From an uncultured delta proteobacterium (GTDB lineage Bacteria > Desulfobacterota > Desulfobacteria > Desulfobacterales > JAFDCJ01): a stretch of 64,000 bases of DNA. Positions within the stretch are counted from its first letter, which is position 1. Each line of letters begins with the position of its first letter. The translations under genes were made by a program, and so were the position numbers. Shown here in pieces: positions 40,215-50,430 of the stretch. Where the stretch lies: positions 96,001 to 160,000 of the forward strand of contig CAVYNY010000008.1 in the NCBI GenBank assembly GCA_963769935.1, written 5' to 3'. The notes beneath the pieces were generated by a model, which saw only the letters and a program-made list of their open reading frames with translations, had not been told where the DNA came from and searched no databases.

Positions 40215-41171
40215 ATGCCGTCAAAGTACAGAATTATATTCATGGGCACACCGCAGTTTTCCGTTCCCGGGCTGATAGCTCTGCATGCGAATGGCTATGA
40301 GGTTGCTTTGGCTGTAACCCAGCCGGACCGCCCCAGGGGAAGAGGACGCAATGTTACGCCTTCTCCGGTGAAAGCTGCTGCAATGGAGCTTGGAATTCAA
40401 GTCATCCAGCCGGCTTCTATTAAAACCTCAGAATTTGCCGATCAAATTAAATCCAATAAACCGGATTTTCAGATCGTCATTGCCTATGGAAAAATTCTTC
40501 CCGAAAATGTGCTGGCCATACCCCGTTTCGGAACGATTAACATTCATGCCTCGCTGCTGCCGAAACTACGCGGACCCGCACCCATCCAATGGGCTATTAT
40601 CAATGGTGAGAAGGAAACCGGCGTATGTTCCATGCTGATGGATAAGGGCCTGGATACCGGAGACATATTGCTCACTGTGCCGGAACCGGTTAATCCGGAA
40701 GATACGGCGGGCAGCTTGCACGACCGTTTGGCCGCCAAGGGGGCAAGGGTCCTGATAGACACCTTAAAAAAATTTGGGGACCACACGATTCATCCCATAC
40801 CCCAAGATAACCGTCTCGCAACCTACGCGCCCCTGCTCGCCAAGGACGACGGGCTTATCAATTGGAACAAATCCGCCGAATCCCTTGAACGCTTTATCCG
40901 GGGAGTCACGCCCTGGCCCGGGGCACATACTTTTATTGGTGAAACACGTCTGAAGATTTTTAAATCCACGCCCCTTGCCTTGGAAACCACAGAAGCACCC
41001 GGTACCGTACAGCAAGGATTCCCGGATGAATTACGGGTCGCTACCGGGGATGGTGTGCTTTCCATCCTTGAAATTCAGGGTGCGTCGGGTAAACGCATGA
41101 CGATCAGGGAGTATCTGAAGGGCATGCAATACCGGCCGGACGACATTGGGATAATTCTCGGATCAGTCTGA
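40215..41171 (+). CDS. fmt: Methionyl-tRNA formyltransferase
   Basis: FMGTPQF, TQPDRPRGRG, NIHASLLPKLRGPAPI, GLDTGD, PWPGA. Confidence 0.97.
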   Translation: MPSKYRIIFMGTPQFSVPGLIALHANGYEVALAVTQPDRPRGRGRNVTPSPVKAAAMELGIQVIQPASIKTSEFADQIKSNKPDFQIVIAYGKILPENVLAIPRFGTINIHASLLPKLRGPAPIQWAIINGEKETGVCSMLMDKGLDTGDILLTVPEPVNPEDTAGSLHDRLAAKGARVLIDTLKKFGDHTIHPIPQDNRLATYAPLLAKDDGLINWNKSAESLERFIRGVTPWPGAHTFIGETRLKIFKSTPLALETTEAPGTVQQGFPDELRVATGDGVLSILEIQGASGKRMTIREYLKGMQYRPDDIGIILGSV

Positions 41172-41242
41172 TCCCATGCCTTTCTGACGCTGTTTAACCA
41201 GGTCACGTCAGTACCCTGGAAATCAGACCCGATGCATTTTTT

Positions 41243-41404
41243 AAAAAATCCAAATTACAAGCACCAAATTCCAAATAAATTCCAAATTCGAAATATCAAT
41301 GACCGAAACAAAGTACTTTCAATAACTCAATACCTTATTTTTGGAATTTGGGTATTTGGTCATTGGGATTTATTTGTTATTTGGATTTTGGGATTTGTAC
41401 TTTT
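41243..41404. repeat. Inverted pair of AAATCCA/AATTCCA arms (sister of 10985-11198)
   Basis: caagcaccaaattccaaataaattccaaatt..caatgaccgaaac / tttggaatttgg..ggtcattgggattt.. Confidence 0.8.
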
Positions 41405-41480
41405 CAGGCCCAGTGCCATCCTGAGCGTAATTTATAAAACTAGCAATTTATTACAAGAAGATATCCAAAGCCAGTTTCTC

Positions 41481-42840
41481 ATGTCTTTTCGATACTCGAA
41501 AAAGTGCTTTAGCCGTGCTGAATACTCTGGATGAAGGGCAGCGCACCCTGGATTCCCTGCTGGAGGACTTTTCGGCTGAGAATATCGATATACCGAGGCG
41601 GGAACAATCCCTGCTGCGAGCGCTGGTTTTCGGAGTGCTGCGCTGGAGGGGCCGTCTGGACTATGTCATCTCGCAATTTTCCCGCACCCGTTTTGATAAA
41701 ATCAATCCAGCTGTCTTAAATGTCCTGCGTCTGGCGCTTTTTCAAATATTCTACCTGGATCGTATACCGGATTCCGCCGCGGTCAACACGGCTGTGGAAA
41801 TGGCCAAGGCATCCGGTGCTCCCTGGGTGGTAGGCTATGTGAATGCGTTGTTGCGCAAGGCTGCCCGTGAATATCCAAACGTGTCCTGGCCGGATGTCGA
41901 GCGAGCCCCGATCGCCTCGTTGGCTGTCAAAAAGTCATTTCCCGAATGGATTATCCGTAAATGGCTGTATCGCTATGGTTTGGAAAACACCGCTAACCTG
42001 TGCGACAGTATAAATACCATTGCGCCGATTACCGTTCGTACAAATACCCTCAGGATATCGCCGGCCCGGCTGTTGGAAAAGCTCGCCCTTGAAGCAGGAC
42101 GGGTACAGGCAACGTTATATGCACCGGATGGTATCACAATGGTCAACCCGGCCGCATCGATCCCGGAGTTCGGTGCTTTTAAGTCCGGCTGCTTTCAAGT
42201 TCAGGATGAGGCTGCCCAGCTGGTTTCGTTGTTATTGAATCCACGGCCCGGAGAGACCGTGCTGGATGCCTGCGCGGGATTGGGCGGCAAAACCGGCCAT
42301 ATCGCCCAGCTTATGAACAATGCGGGTAAGGTCGTGGCGCTGGATGTTAGTGCGAAGAAACTTCAGCGACTTGAAGCTGAAATGCAGCGGTTGGGTATGA
42401 CAATTGTATCAAGTCATTGTTGCAACATTGAAAAGGGAGTCTCCCCGAAGCAATTTACCGGCTTCGACCGCGTGCTGCTGGACGCCCCCTGCTCGGGCCT
42501 TGGCGTAATGCGGCGCAATCCGGATATAAAATGGCGAACATCCAAAAGGAATCTTTCAAAATATAAATCCAGACAAATCCGTCTGTTGGAAAATATTTCC
42601 CACCTTGTCAAACCGTCCGGCATTCTGGTATATGCCGTGTGCAGCCCGGAACCCGAAGAAAATGAAATGGTTATTATGGAGTTTTTGAAAATACACCCCG
42701 AATTTGTTATAAATAAGGGATTTGGACAACTCCCGGATAAACTTTGCACAATGGCGGACTCTCCAGGCGTTTTCAAAACTTATCCACTTTTAAATCAGAT
42801 GGACGGCTTTTTTGCGATACGCCTTCAAAAAATTCCATGA
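41481..42840 (+). CDS. rsmB: 16S rRNA m5C967 methyltransferase RsmB (1-nt indel in the first codons)
   Basis: NusB-like N-terminus, QVQDEA, LDACAGLGGKT, LLDAPCSGLG, YAVCS, DGFF. Confidence 0.94.
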
Positions 42841-43799
42841 TAATAAAATTTGCTAAAATAGCTGCCTTATGTCTGGCTTTTTTGTTGGCAGCCGGTGCCA
42901 GTGCTTATTTAACGCTGACATATATCATAAAAAGTGAAGACACGGTCATTGTTCCGGATCTTGTGGGAAAGGATGTCGTGTCGGTACTGGAGCTATTGAC
43001 TGACCTGCAATTAAATACCAAGGTAAGCGGATCAGAGTACAGTCCGAAATTCCCCAAAAACCACGTCGTTTTTCAGGAACCCGAGGCAGGCTCGGAAATA
43101 AAGAAAGATCGTGATGTCAGAATTATCATATCCAAAGGCCCTCAGAATATATTAATGCCCAACCTGACGACTCTGTCGGAGCAGCAGGCACGCATGATCA
43201 TCGAAGAGAACGGACTTGCCGCTGGGAGTTTGTCGCATACTTACGACAGCATTATGGAAGAAGACTATGTGATCGCACAGGTTCCGGCGGCCGATACCAT
43301 GATCACCCGCCACGGCAGGGTAGATATGTTGGTGAGTTTGGGGCCGCATCCTGTTAAATACATAATGCCGGATCTGTCCGGGCTTTCACTGGATCAAGCC
43401 GTGTTTTTGATCGAAAAAACCAACTTGAAGGTTGGCGATATACGATCAGAATTTGACGCAAAAAAAACGCTCGATTCAGTTCTCCGCCAGGAGCCGCCGT
43501 CTGGCTATCAGGTGATCGAAAGCAGCCCGGTTAATCTGGTTATCAACCGTCCTTCCGGGGGTAATCGTCTGCATCGCCCGTTATACGGCAGTCTGCTTCA
43601 GTACCGTATTAAAAGCGGCTTCTTGAAAAAACATATTCTGGTGGAGTTAGAGAATTCGAAGACCACGACAAATTTGTTCGACGAATACATCAAACCGGGT
43701 GAGGTAATATGGGTGCTCGTACCCAGGGACACGGATGCAACGGTCTTTATTTACGAAGATGATGAACTCATAGATGCCCGCATTTATAAGGCGTGGTAG
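42837..43799 (+). CDS. PASTA-domain membrane protein (3 PASTA repeats)
   Basis: N-terminal TM then VPDLVG, MPNLT, MPDLSG repeats. Confidence 0.88.
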   Translation: MIIKFAKIAALCLAFLLAAGASAYLTLTYIIKSEDTVIVPDLVGKDVVSVLELLTDLQLNTKVSGSEYSPKFPKNHVVFQEPEAGSEIKKDRDVRIIISKGPQNILMPNLTTLSEQQARMIIEENGLAAGSLSHTYDSIMEEDYVIAQVPAADTMITRHGRVDMLVSLGPHPVKYIMPDLSGLSLDQAVFLIEKTNLKVGDIRSEFDAKKTLDSVLRQEPPSGYQVIESSPVNLVINRPSGGNRLHRPLYGSLLQYRIKSGFLKKHILVELENSKTTTNLFDEYIKPGEVIWVLVPRDTDATVFIYEDDELIDARIYKAW

Positions 43800-43807
43800 G
43801 GCGGGTT

Positions 43808-44035
43808 AGCTCATAGCTGATAGTTGGGAAGTTGAGAAGGGGAGAAAATGGGAAGGTAAGAGGGTGAGAGGCCGGGAGGCTTGGAAGATGAGAAGTTAAG
43901 AAGGTGAGAAGTTGGGAAGATAATGGAAAACAGGGGCTGGAAAAAAGGCACTGAGTGCTTTCTTTTCAGCTATGAACTATCAACCGTGAACTATGAACTA
44001 TCAACTATCAATTCAATCAACTTAATCAATAAACT
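43808..44035. repeat. AGCTCAT/AGCTGAT left arm, purine 8-mer block, ACTATGA/ACTATCA right arm, AACTTAATC arm
   Basis: agctcatagctgatag ... cagctatgaactatcaaccgtgaactatgaactatcaactatcaa. Confidence 0.85.
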
Positions 44036-44052
44036 AAGAACCGGAGGTTTCT

Positions 44053-44709
44053 ATGAAACTGATCGCGCCTTCAATTTTATCGGCTGATTTTGCCGCACTC
44101 GGCGATGAGATTAGAGCAATTGAAGCGGCAGGCGCTGATTGGATCCATGCCGATGTCATGGACGGCCATTTTGTGCCGAATATTACCTTTGGCCCGCTGG
44201 TTGTGAAAGCGGTGCGAAGGGTGACGGCGCTGCCGATCGATGTGCACCTGATGATTGAAAACCCGGACAACTATATAGCCCGGTTTGCCGAAGCGGGAGC
44301 TTCATCGATATCTGTCCAGGTCGAAAGCTGTGTACATCTGAACCGGTGCGTGCACTTGATCCGTGAATGCGGCGTCAGGCCGGGTGTGGTGCTCAATCCA
44401 TCGACGCCGACGCAATCGCTCGACTGGATATTGGCGGATGTCGATTATGTACTTATTATGAGTGTCAATCCCGGTTTCGGCGGACAAAAGTTCATCGCCA
44501 ACAGTCTGGACAAAGTACGGGAGGTGCGCCGGACAATTCAAAACCGAAACCTGAACACCCTGATTGAAATCGACGGCGGCGTCAATGAAGATACGATAGC
44601 TGATATTGCAGCCGCCGGGGTGGACATATTCGTGGCTGGTTCCGCCATCTTCGGCAGCCGGGACTATAAAAAAACCATCGGCAGCTTCCGGGAAAAAATC
44701 GGCAGCTAA
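44053..44709 (+). CDS. rpe: Ribulose-phosphate 3-epimerase
   Basis: IAPSILSADF, DVMDGHFVPNITFG, MSVNPGFGGQ, EIDGG, VAGSAIF. Confidence 0.97.
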   Translation: MKLIAPSILSADFAALGDEIRAIEAAGADWIHADVMDGHFVPNITFGPLVVKAVRRVTALPIDVHLMIENPDNYIARFAEAGASSISVQVESCVHLNRCVHLIRECGVRPGVVLNPSTPTQSLDWILADVDYVLIMSVNPGFGGQKFIANSLDKVREVRRTIQNRNLNTLIEIDGGVNEDTIADIAAAGVDIFVAGSAIFGSRDYKKTIGSFREKIGS

Positions 44710-44715
44710 AGCGCA

Positions 44716-44890
44716 ACGGTGAATCGCGGAAACGGTGAATCGGATAGATCAGAAGCTGAGAAGTTGGAGATTCTAAATCGAGGCTGCGATCCTAACGATC
44801 CTAACGAACATAACAAACTCAATCAACCAATAAACCAATCAATTTAATCAACTTAATCAACCTGTCCAACTTAATCAACTCATTCAACTT
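44716..44890. repeat. Repeat stack (CGGTGAAT, GAGAAGnn, GATCCTAAC, AATCAACTT)
   Basis: 8-9 nt periodic blocks immediately after the rpe stop. Confidence 0.75.
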
Positions 44891-44999
44891 GGGGGCAATA
44901 ATAAATTGATAATTCTGGGATTCTTTGATATATTATACTTATCAAATTTACTGGATAAATAGAACCTCTAAAATAGATTCATTAGGACCAATCACCACC

Positions 45000-45554
45000 A
45001 TGACGGAAAAGTTAAAAAAGTACCAAAGAACACTTTGGGGACTGTTTACTGCCGGGCTAGCCTTTGCATTTGTTACGCTGATGGGTCAGCAGACGGTTCA
45101 ATCGGACGATTTGACGGATGCGGTTAAACGCCAAAAGATCGAAAGCCTGTACAACGAGTACCAGGTCAAATTTCCCGAAGTATTGGATATTACACCGCAA
45201 CAGGCGATGAACCTCATCGCCGATCAAAAATCAGTATTTATCGATTTACGAGATCAGCAGGAACAGCAGGTATCCATGCTCCCTGGTGCAATTACTGAAA
45301 AAGAATTCATGGACAATTTTAAAAGCTATGATGATTACGTTAAAATTGCCTACTGCACCATCGGTTATCGGAGCGGAAAATTCGCTCAAAAGCTTCAAAA
45401 AGAAGGAATCCCTGTTTATAATTTGAGAGGGGGTATTTTAGCCTGGATGCATGATCGCGGGAAAGTATACAATCAGAATGGCGAAACCCACCGCGTTCAT
45501 GTGTACCAAAGCGAATGGAACCTTGCGCCGGCGCGTTATGAAGCTGTTTGGTGA
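45000..45554 (+). CDS. Exported rhodanese-like domain protein
   Basis: TM/signal then IDLR, SMLPGA, YCTIGYRSG, NLRGGILAW. Confidence 0.85.
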   Translation: MTEKLKKYQRTLWGLFTAGLAFAFVTLMGQQTVQSDDLTDAVKRQKIESLYNEYQVKFPEVLDITPQQAMNLIADQKSVFIDLRDQQEQQVSMLPGAITEKEFMDNFKSYDDYVKIAYCTIGYRSGKFAQKLQKEGIPVYNLRGGILAWMHDRGKVYNQNGETHRVHVYQSEWNLAPARYEAVW

Positions 45555-45646
45555 AACAGCTCACAGCTCACAGCTCATAGCTGATAAGTTTGTTGGGTTC
45601 ATTGAGTTTGTTGAGTTTATTGTGAGCCGTGGGTTGTAAGTTGCAT

Positions 45647-45820
45647 ATGGTAAAAATAAAATCGGACAGTGAAAACAACCTCAAAAAAATTTCTGCCATT
45701 GACACTTTTCAGATAAGATCCATTTCAACAAAGCGGCTTACAAGGAAAATTGGCTCAGTGTCTTCAAAAATATTAGACGAAATAAAAGCGGCGATTAAAG
45801 CCGTCATTGATGCAGATTAG
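45647..45820 (+). pseudogene. C-terminal half of a PemK/MazF toxin
   Basis: MVKIKSDSENNLKKISAIDTFQIRSISTKRLTRKIGSV resembles the MazF C-half; the N-terminal KxRP strand is missing. Confidence 0.7.
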
Positions 45821-45881
45821 AGGAGGTACTCAAAAATTTTAGGCAATTTAGACATTTTAGGCAATTTCCGGTTTAGCCGGG

Positions 45882-47858
45882 TCAGGTATAATAAATTTCA
45901 TAGTAATTCCTCATAGACCGATCCGTCCTACCCCACCGGCGTTCTATCAGATAGCGGGTGAAGAGGTAAAACACGATCCGCAGTTTGCCCGCCATGCGGC
46001 TGCCGTTCCAGCGTCGATCCGAAACCACAATTCCGTCACGAAAAAATACCAGCCGCCCGACTTCCTTTAATCGCAAAGCCAAATCAACATCCTCCATCAG
46101 CATCATCGACGGGAACCCTCCCATGTCATTAAGGGCCGCGGATCTGAAAAATTGCGCCTGGTCGCCGAAAGATATGCCGGTTATCAACGCGCGAATGTTG
46201 TTTAAAAAAGCGATGAACCGGGTTCTTAGGTTATTGGGATCAAATTGCATCCCGAAGGCGCCTCCCACGACATGGGGATGGGCTTCCAGAAATCTTATTA
46301 CGCGCTCAAATTGGCCTTTCGCAGCCACACAATCCGCGTGCAAAATCAGGATCACATCACCGGAGGCCGCTTTTATACCGGCTTTAATTTGAGCCCCCCT
46401 GCCCTGCTCACTTTCGATCACATGAACATTGTGTTCTGCGGCAATGGTTCGGGTACAATCCATTGAGCCGCCGTCAGCCACAATAATTTCTTTCAATGCC
46501 GGGCGGTCCTTTAAGGATTCAAGACAGCGGCCAATATTGCTCTCTTCATTTAAAGCAGGAATAATAACAGAAACATTCGTTGGCTTCGGGTAAGAATGGT
46601 TCCGCAACAGGTAGCCCTCACGAAATAGACCCCAGATGAGAAGGCCATAAAAGGGAACATATTCCAAAAGTTTTAACCAGAAGATTTCCTGGAAAATACC
46701 GGTTTTCGACTCTACCGCCAATACAGGAAATGAAAAGACGACCGCGGCAAACAAATACAGCCAGGCCAGGGACGGGAAAAACACCAGAAATGGTGCAATT
46801 AAAACCAGATACCAGGGATGAAGCGTAGGGAGAAAAATCAGCAGGCAGCCTATCGCTAAATATACGCTGCGCAGCCGGTCATGAACCACCAGGTACACCC
46901 AGGATAGACACGCCAATACTAAAAATGCACTAACCCATAGAAACCAGTCACCGAAAAACAACCGGATCATCACCGCGATGGAATCGTTATAGTGAAAAAT
47001 GTTTGCAAATGTTACCAGAGATTCAAAAATTCCCGGCCCGGCTTCCATGAAAGGGACGAACAGGACCAAGGGAATAAGAACGGCCAGACTCTTCCAGCGA
47101 TTTTCAGTATTCACCAGAAAAGGCCAGGCAACTAAAGCAAAATATTTTGATAAAACGGCGACGCCCAGCACAAGAAATCCTGCAAACTGGGACTTCTGAT
47201 AAAGGATAAGATACAATGCCAGTAAAAGAAAAAACACCTGGACCACATCCAGGTGGCCCTCCCCGGCGATATAGACAAGCACCAGCGGATTGGCGGCATA
47301 AAAAAGCAGCCTGGACGGCGGGATGCCCTGCCGGCTGATCATCAGCGTCAATAAAACCATAACCCCGATATCAAAGGCCGTCATGACAAGTTTAAAAAAT
47401 AAGGGGCTCGGATTCAGCCCGGCCAGGATTTTAAACAGCAGTAAACTTGCCGGCGGATAGGCTGCGGCAAATTCCGGGTGATTGATACGCTGCCAGACGG
47501 GATAAAGCTCGCCCCGGGCGATCTCGCTCAAAGCCGGGTTCAGGGGGGTATAAACATAAGGATTGAATCCGTGATTCTGAATATAGCCTTCCCACACATA
47601 CCGGAAGACATCGTTTCCCGCTGGATACGTCAAAAAAATAATCCTGGTCGCTAAACCCAGAACGAATATAAGGATGAAAGCCCTTCTTTGCGTTAGACCC
47701 GTCGGAAACTTAAGGATTAACATGATCATGAGCATATGGCCAAGGCAGTAAAGCCCTGAAACCCACAGGACATGATCGCCCAGCGGGGCTGAGACGGCCA
47801 GGGCTGCCATATCGGCCAGCCAGATAAGGCACAAAAATATGAAGAGGAAATTTCTCAT
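45882..47858 (-). CDS. Fusion: polytopic GT-C (GT87/DUF2029-like) domain + GT2 (TIGR04283-like) domain
   Basis: DVFRYVWEG, YPP, NPLV..GEGHLD, HPWY; then VIIPALNEE, ADGGS, LHAD, FGDQAQF, MEDV. Confidence 0.8.
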   Translation of the reverse strand: MRNFLFIFLCLIWLADMAALAVSAPLGDHVLWVSGLYCLGHMLMIMLILKFPTGLTQRRAFILIFVLGLATRIIFLTYPAGNDVFRYVWEGYIQNHGFNPYVYTPLNPALSEIARGELYPVWQRINHPEFAAAYPPASLLLFKILAGLNPSPLFFKLVMTAFDIGVMVLLTLMISRQGIPPSRLLFYAANPLVLVYIAGEGHLDVVQVFFLLLALYLILYQKSQFAGFLVLGVAVLSKYFALVAWPFLVNTENRWKSLAVLIPLVLFVPFMEAGPGIFESLVTFANIFHYNDSIAVMIRLFFGDWFLWVSAFLVLACLSWVYLVVHDRLRSVYLAIGCLLIFLPTLHPWYLVLIAPFLVFFPSLAWLYLFAAVVFSFPVLAVESKTGIFQEIFWLKLLEYVPFYGLLIWGLFREGYLLRNHSYPKPTNVSVIIPALNEESNIGRCLESLKDRPALKEIIVADGGSMDCTRTIAAEHNVHVIESEQGRGAQIKAGIKAASGDVILILHADCVAAKGQFERVIRFLEAHPHVVGGAFGMQFDPNNLRTRFIAFLNNIRALITGISFGDQAQFFRSAALNDMGGFPSMMLMEDVDLALRLKEVGRLVFFRDGIVVSDRRWNGSRMAGKLRIVFYLFTRYLIERRWGRTDRSMRNYYEIYYT

Positions 47859-47876
47859 AGAGTCAAAAAATAGAAA

Positions 47877-47904
47877 AGGCAGGGTATTAGCCGGCCCTGC
47901 CTTT
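47877..47904 (+). terminator. GC hairpin with flanking A/T runs
   Basis: AAAAGGCAGGG-tattagccgg-CCCTGCCTTT. Confidence 0.5.
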
Positions 47905-48001
47905 ACACTTTTGTCCGGAATGACATCTCCGTATTTTCCATGAAAACTGTGGTTGTTATTTTGCCAGTTCCCTGGCTTTACGAATCACTTTTATATAAAC
48001 T

Positions 48002-48304
48002 TCATCCATTCAGTGCTCTCAAATCCTTCTTCAGATCGTTTAAGTCATAGTTGGAGTAAACGTGGGCCTTTTCGATTTCTTTAATCATTTCCCACAGCGT
48101 CAGATTACAATTTTGCGCTGCCTCCCAGAGGGTGATCGTTCCTGATTTGTAGCTTTCGAGTGAGTCTTGTATTGTCTGTTCCTTCAGAGAGTTGACGAGG
48201 AACAAACGCGGCAGCGCCGAACGGTCGATTCCTTTCTTTGCCGCCATTTCATCAATCTTGTTCACGTATTCGTCATCCAGACGAGTCGTCACTGTTTTTG
48301 CCAT
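48002..48304 (-). CDS. UPF0175-type antitoxin (RHH-like N-terminus + HTH)
   Basis: TVTTRLD..GIDRS; YKSGTITLWEAAQNCNLTLWEM. Confidence 0.8.
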   Translation of the reverse strand: MAKTVTTRLDDEYVNKIDEMAAKKGIDRSALPRLFLVNSLKEQTIQDSLESYKSGTITLWEAAQNCNLTLWEMIKEIEKAHVYSNYDLNDLKKDLRALNG

Positions 48305-48579
48305 AATCTGCTCCCATAGTCTCGTGTTTGCAATTGAAAAAATTGCATACGGGGTAATGCCAATCAGCTAATAAGTCAAGCCAAAATAAAAAGCGGCCAT
48401 TGAGATGATCGGCAACGCACCGCATGGCAACGTTTTTGAATCGATAGAAGGGGAAGATTTTGAACAGCGGTGAAATCTATTAGGATATGATTTTTTTCCT
48501 TGCGCCGTAGGCCTTACGCCCTACGTCACTGCGAAATTGGCAATAGCCTTGGAAGTGGCGGAGACCATTTTAGCGTATC

Positions 48580-48795
48580 CTAAAATATAATATTATGAAT
48601 AAGCCCCCTCATATATACACTGCACCACCTGGAAACCCGCACCCAGCTCCTGCGTCGCTCACCGATTCTACGCCTCTCACGCCGTCGGCGACGTTCTGCT
48701 CCGCCCTCGAAAAAATAGTCCAGGCAGTATACTTTGCGGTTATCATCGCCGGAACGACGATCGATTTGGGAACGTTTCGCGAGAGCAGCCATCAT
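48580..48795 (-). CDS. Small Arg-rich protein with DRR/ERR repeats
   Basis: KRSQIDRRSGDDNRK..ERRRRRERRRIGERRRSWVRVSRWCSV. Confidence 0.6.
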   Translation of the reverse strand: MMAALAKRSQIDRRSGDDNRKVYCLDYFFEGGAERRRRRERRRIGERRRSWVRVSRWCSVYMRGLIHNIIF

Positions 48796-48947
48796 AGTAT
48801 CATTTTAGCCTCAATATTGACGCTCCAAAAATTACCGTGATATTGTTGCTGAAATTTCAAAAACTTCGTCGAAACCTGTCAGGGATGGTTCAAACGCATG
48901 AAACTTAAACGATGGCTATTTACAGAATTTTCCACCACCAAAAAATC

Positions 48948-50141
48948 TTATAATTCGACTCGGCACTTATCTATCAACACCAGCATGGTTCCGAGAATAA
49001 ATCCTAAGGGGTACTGGGCATATTTAGAGTAAAAAGGAAAGGTCAAACTGCTGTGGATCATCCAGCACATGAAGATGACAAGCAGGCATTTAAGCAAGAC
49101 AGAAATGTTTTTGTGCGTCGCGTTTTTCAAGGCTTTAATCGTCATGACAAATACAGCCGCAAGTCCCCCAAAGACCAGCAAAAGTCCGGTAATGCCATTA
49201 TCGTATAAGACCCCGAGCGGATGAAGGTGCGGGAAAAAATACGGCTTGAACTGCGGAGCGGAATAGTCGGCATAGATCGCACGATATCCTCCGATCCCGT
49301 TGCCGAATATCCAGTCAATGATGTTATTTTTTTCAAGCATTTGCAAGGCGCTTTGCCAGAAAGAGACTCTTTCTTCGGTCCTTAAATTGATAATGAGTTC
49401 TTCCAGGTGGTTGACGGCCCCCCCATAGTTGGTAATGTAAAGAAATGCAAAGCACAGGACGATGGCCGCAAGTCCGATCCATCTGGTACGAGTCCTTATA
49501 AAGAAGACCAGGATAAAAAGCGAAGAAAACGTCAACGCCAGTATCGCAGGGCGGGATCCGCTTCGCACAAGCATATCGGCCGCCATCAGCGCAATCGGGA
49601 TATAGCCCCATTTATACCAGCCATCGGCGGTCCAGAATGAGTAGACAATCAGCGGCAATGTTGAAATCATGAGATTGGATAAATAGTGCGGGTTGGTGTA
49701 GGTGCCGTAAGGCAGGCTAAAGAATTTCACGGCCGCAAATTGCCAGCAGATGCAAAGGCACCAAACAGCCGGCAGATACGCATAGACACGCGAATCAATT
49801 TTTTTCAGGCTGAGGCAATGGATGGTAAAGACAATAAAAAGCATCCGCAGAAGATACATCACATAGTTTGATTTAACTTTGTGGGACGCAAACAGAAAGC
49901 CGAAAATTATCAGATAGAAGCAAATCGCCAGGGCAATCCAGTAGGTCAAAGGTATTTGCCTGAGTTTGTACTCTCCTGCTATCAGGTTTAACAGTACGAA
50001 ACAAGCGCCAACGTCGATGAAAACAACCACCCCGCCGCGATTGAGCGCAAAGAAACAGAAAAAGGCGCCTGTCAAAGCTGCGATGAGCCAGTATCCGCTG
50101 GTAAGTAGTTCTTTTACGGTCGATAGCTTCAGGTTTACCAT
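48948..50141 (-). CDS. O-antigen ligase / Wzy_C family membrane protein
   Basis: NPHY, SGSR, ERVSFW, IFGNGIG, FPHLH..GITG. Confidence 0.85.
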   Translation of the reverse strand: MVNLKLSTVKELLTSGYWLIAALTGAFFCFFALNRGGVVVFIDVGACFVLLNLIAGEYKLRQIPLTYWIALAICFYLIIFGFLFASHKVKSNYVMYLLRMLFIVFTIHCLSLKKIDSRVYAYLPAVWCLCICWQFAAVKFFSLPYGTYTNPHYLSNLMISTLPLIVYSFWTADGWYKWGYIPIALMAADMLVRSGSRPAILALTFSSLFILVFFIRTRTRWIGLAAIVLCFAFLYITNYGGAVNHLEELIINLRTEERVSFWQSALQMLEKNNIIDWIFGNGIGGYRAIYADYSAPQFKPYFFPHLHPLGVLYDNGITGLLLVFGGLAAVFVMTIKALKNATHKNISVLLKCLLVIFMCWMIHSSLTFPFYSKYAQYPLGFILGTMLVLIDKCRVEL

Positions 50142-50145
50142 AGTA

Positions 50146-50410
50146 GATCAGCCACTAAGACCTAACCGGATAATCCGGAAAATTGCCACAAAGACTCAAA
50201 GGCACAAAGAAAGATTTTTGTTTGAATATTACTTTGTGTCTTGGTAGTTTGGTGGCAAAAATAAATTGCTATAAAATGCAAAGAACTCATTGCTAATGTA
50301 TTAATAATGTGATCAGCCACTAAGACTCTAAGGCACTAAGAATTTTTTTAATAACCCTTGGTGTCTTGGCGGCAAAAATTTTAAAGATTAAAGTCTTTCT
50401 TAGTGTCTTC
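50146..50410. mobile_element. Nested miniature elements (CCTAACC(C)GGATAAnCCGG end; GCCAC(A/T)AAGAC arms) with a 16-bp direct repeat
   Basis: 50161-50283 matches the reverse complement of 57408-57520; GATCAGCCACTAAGAC at 50146 and 50311. Confidence 0.75.
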
Positions 50411-50430
50411 AGTGTAAGATTTGAAAAAGG

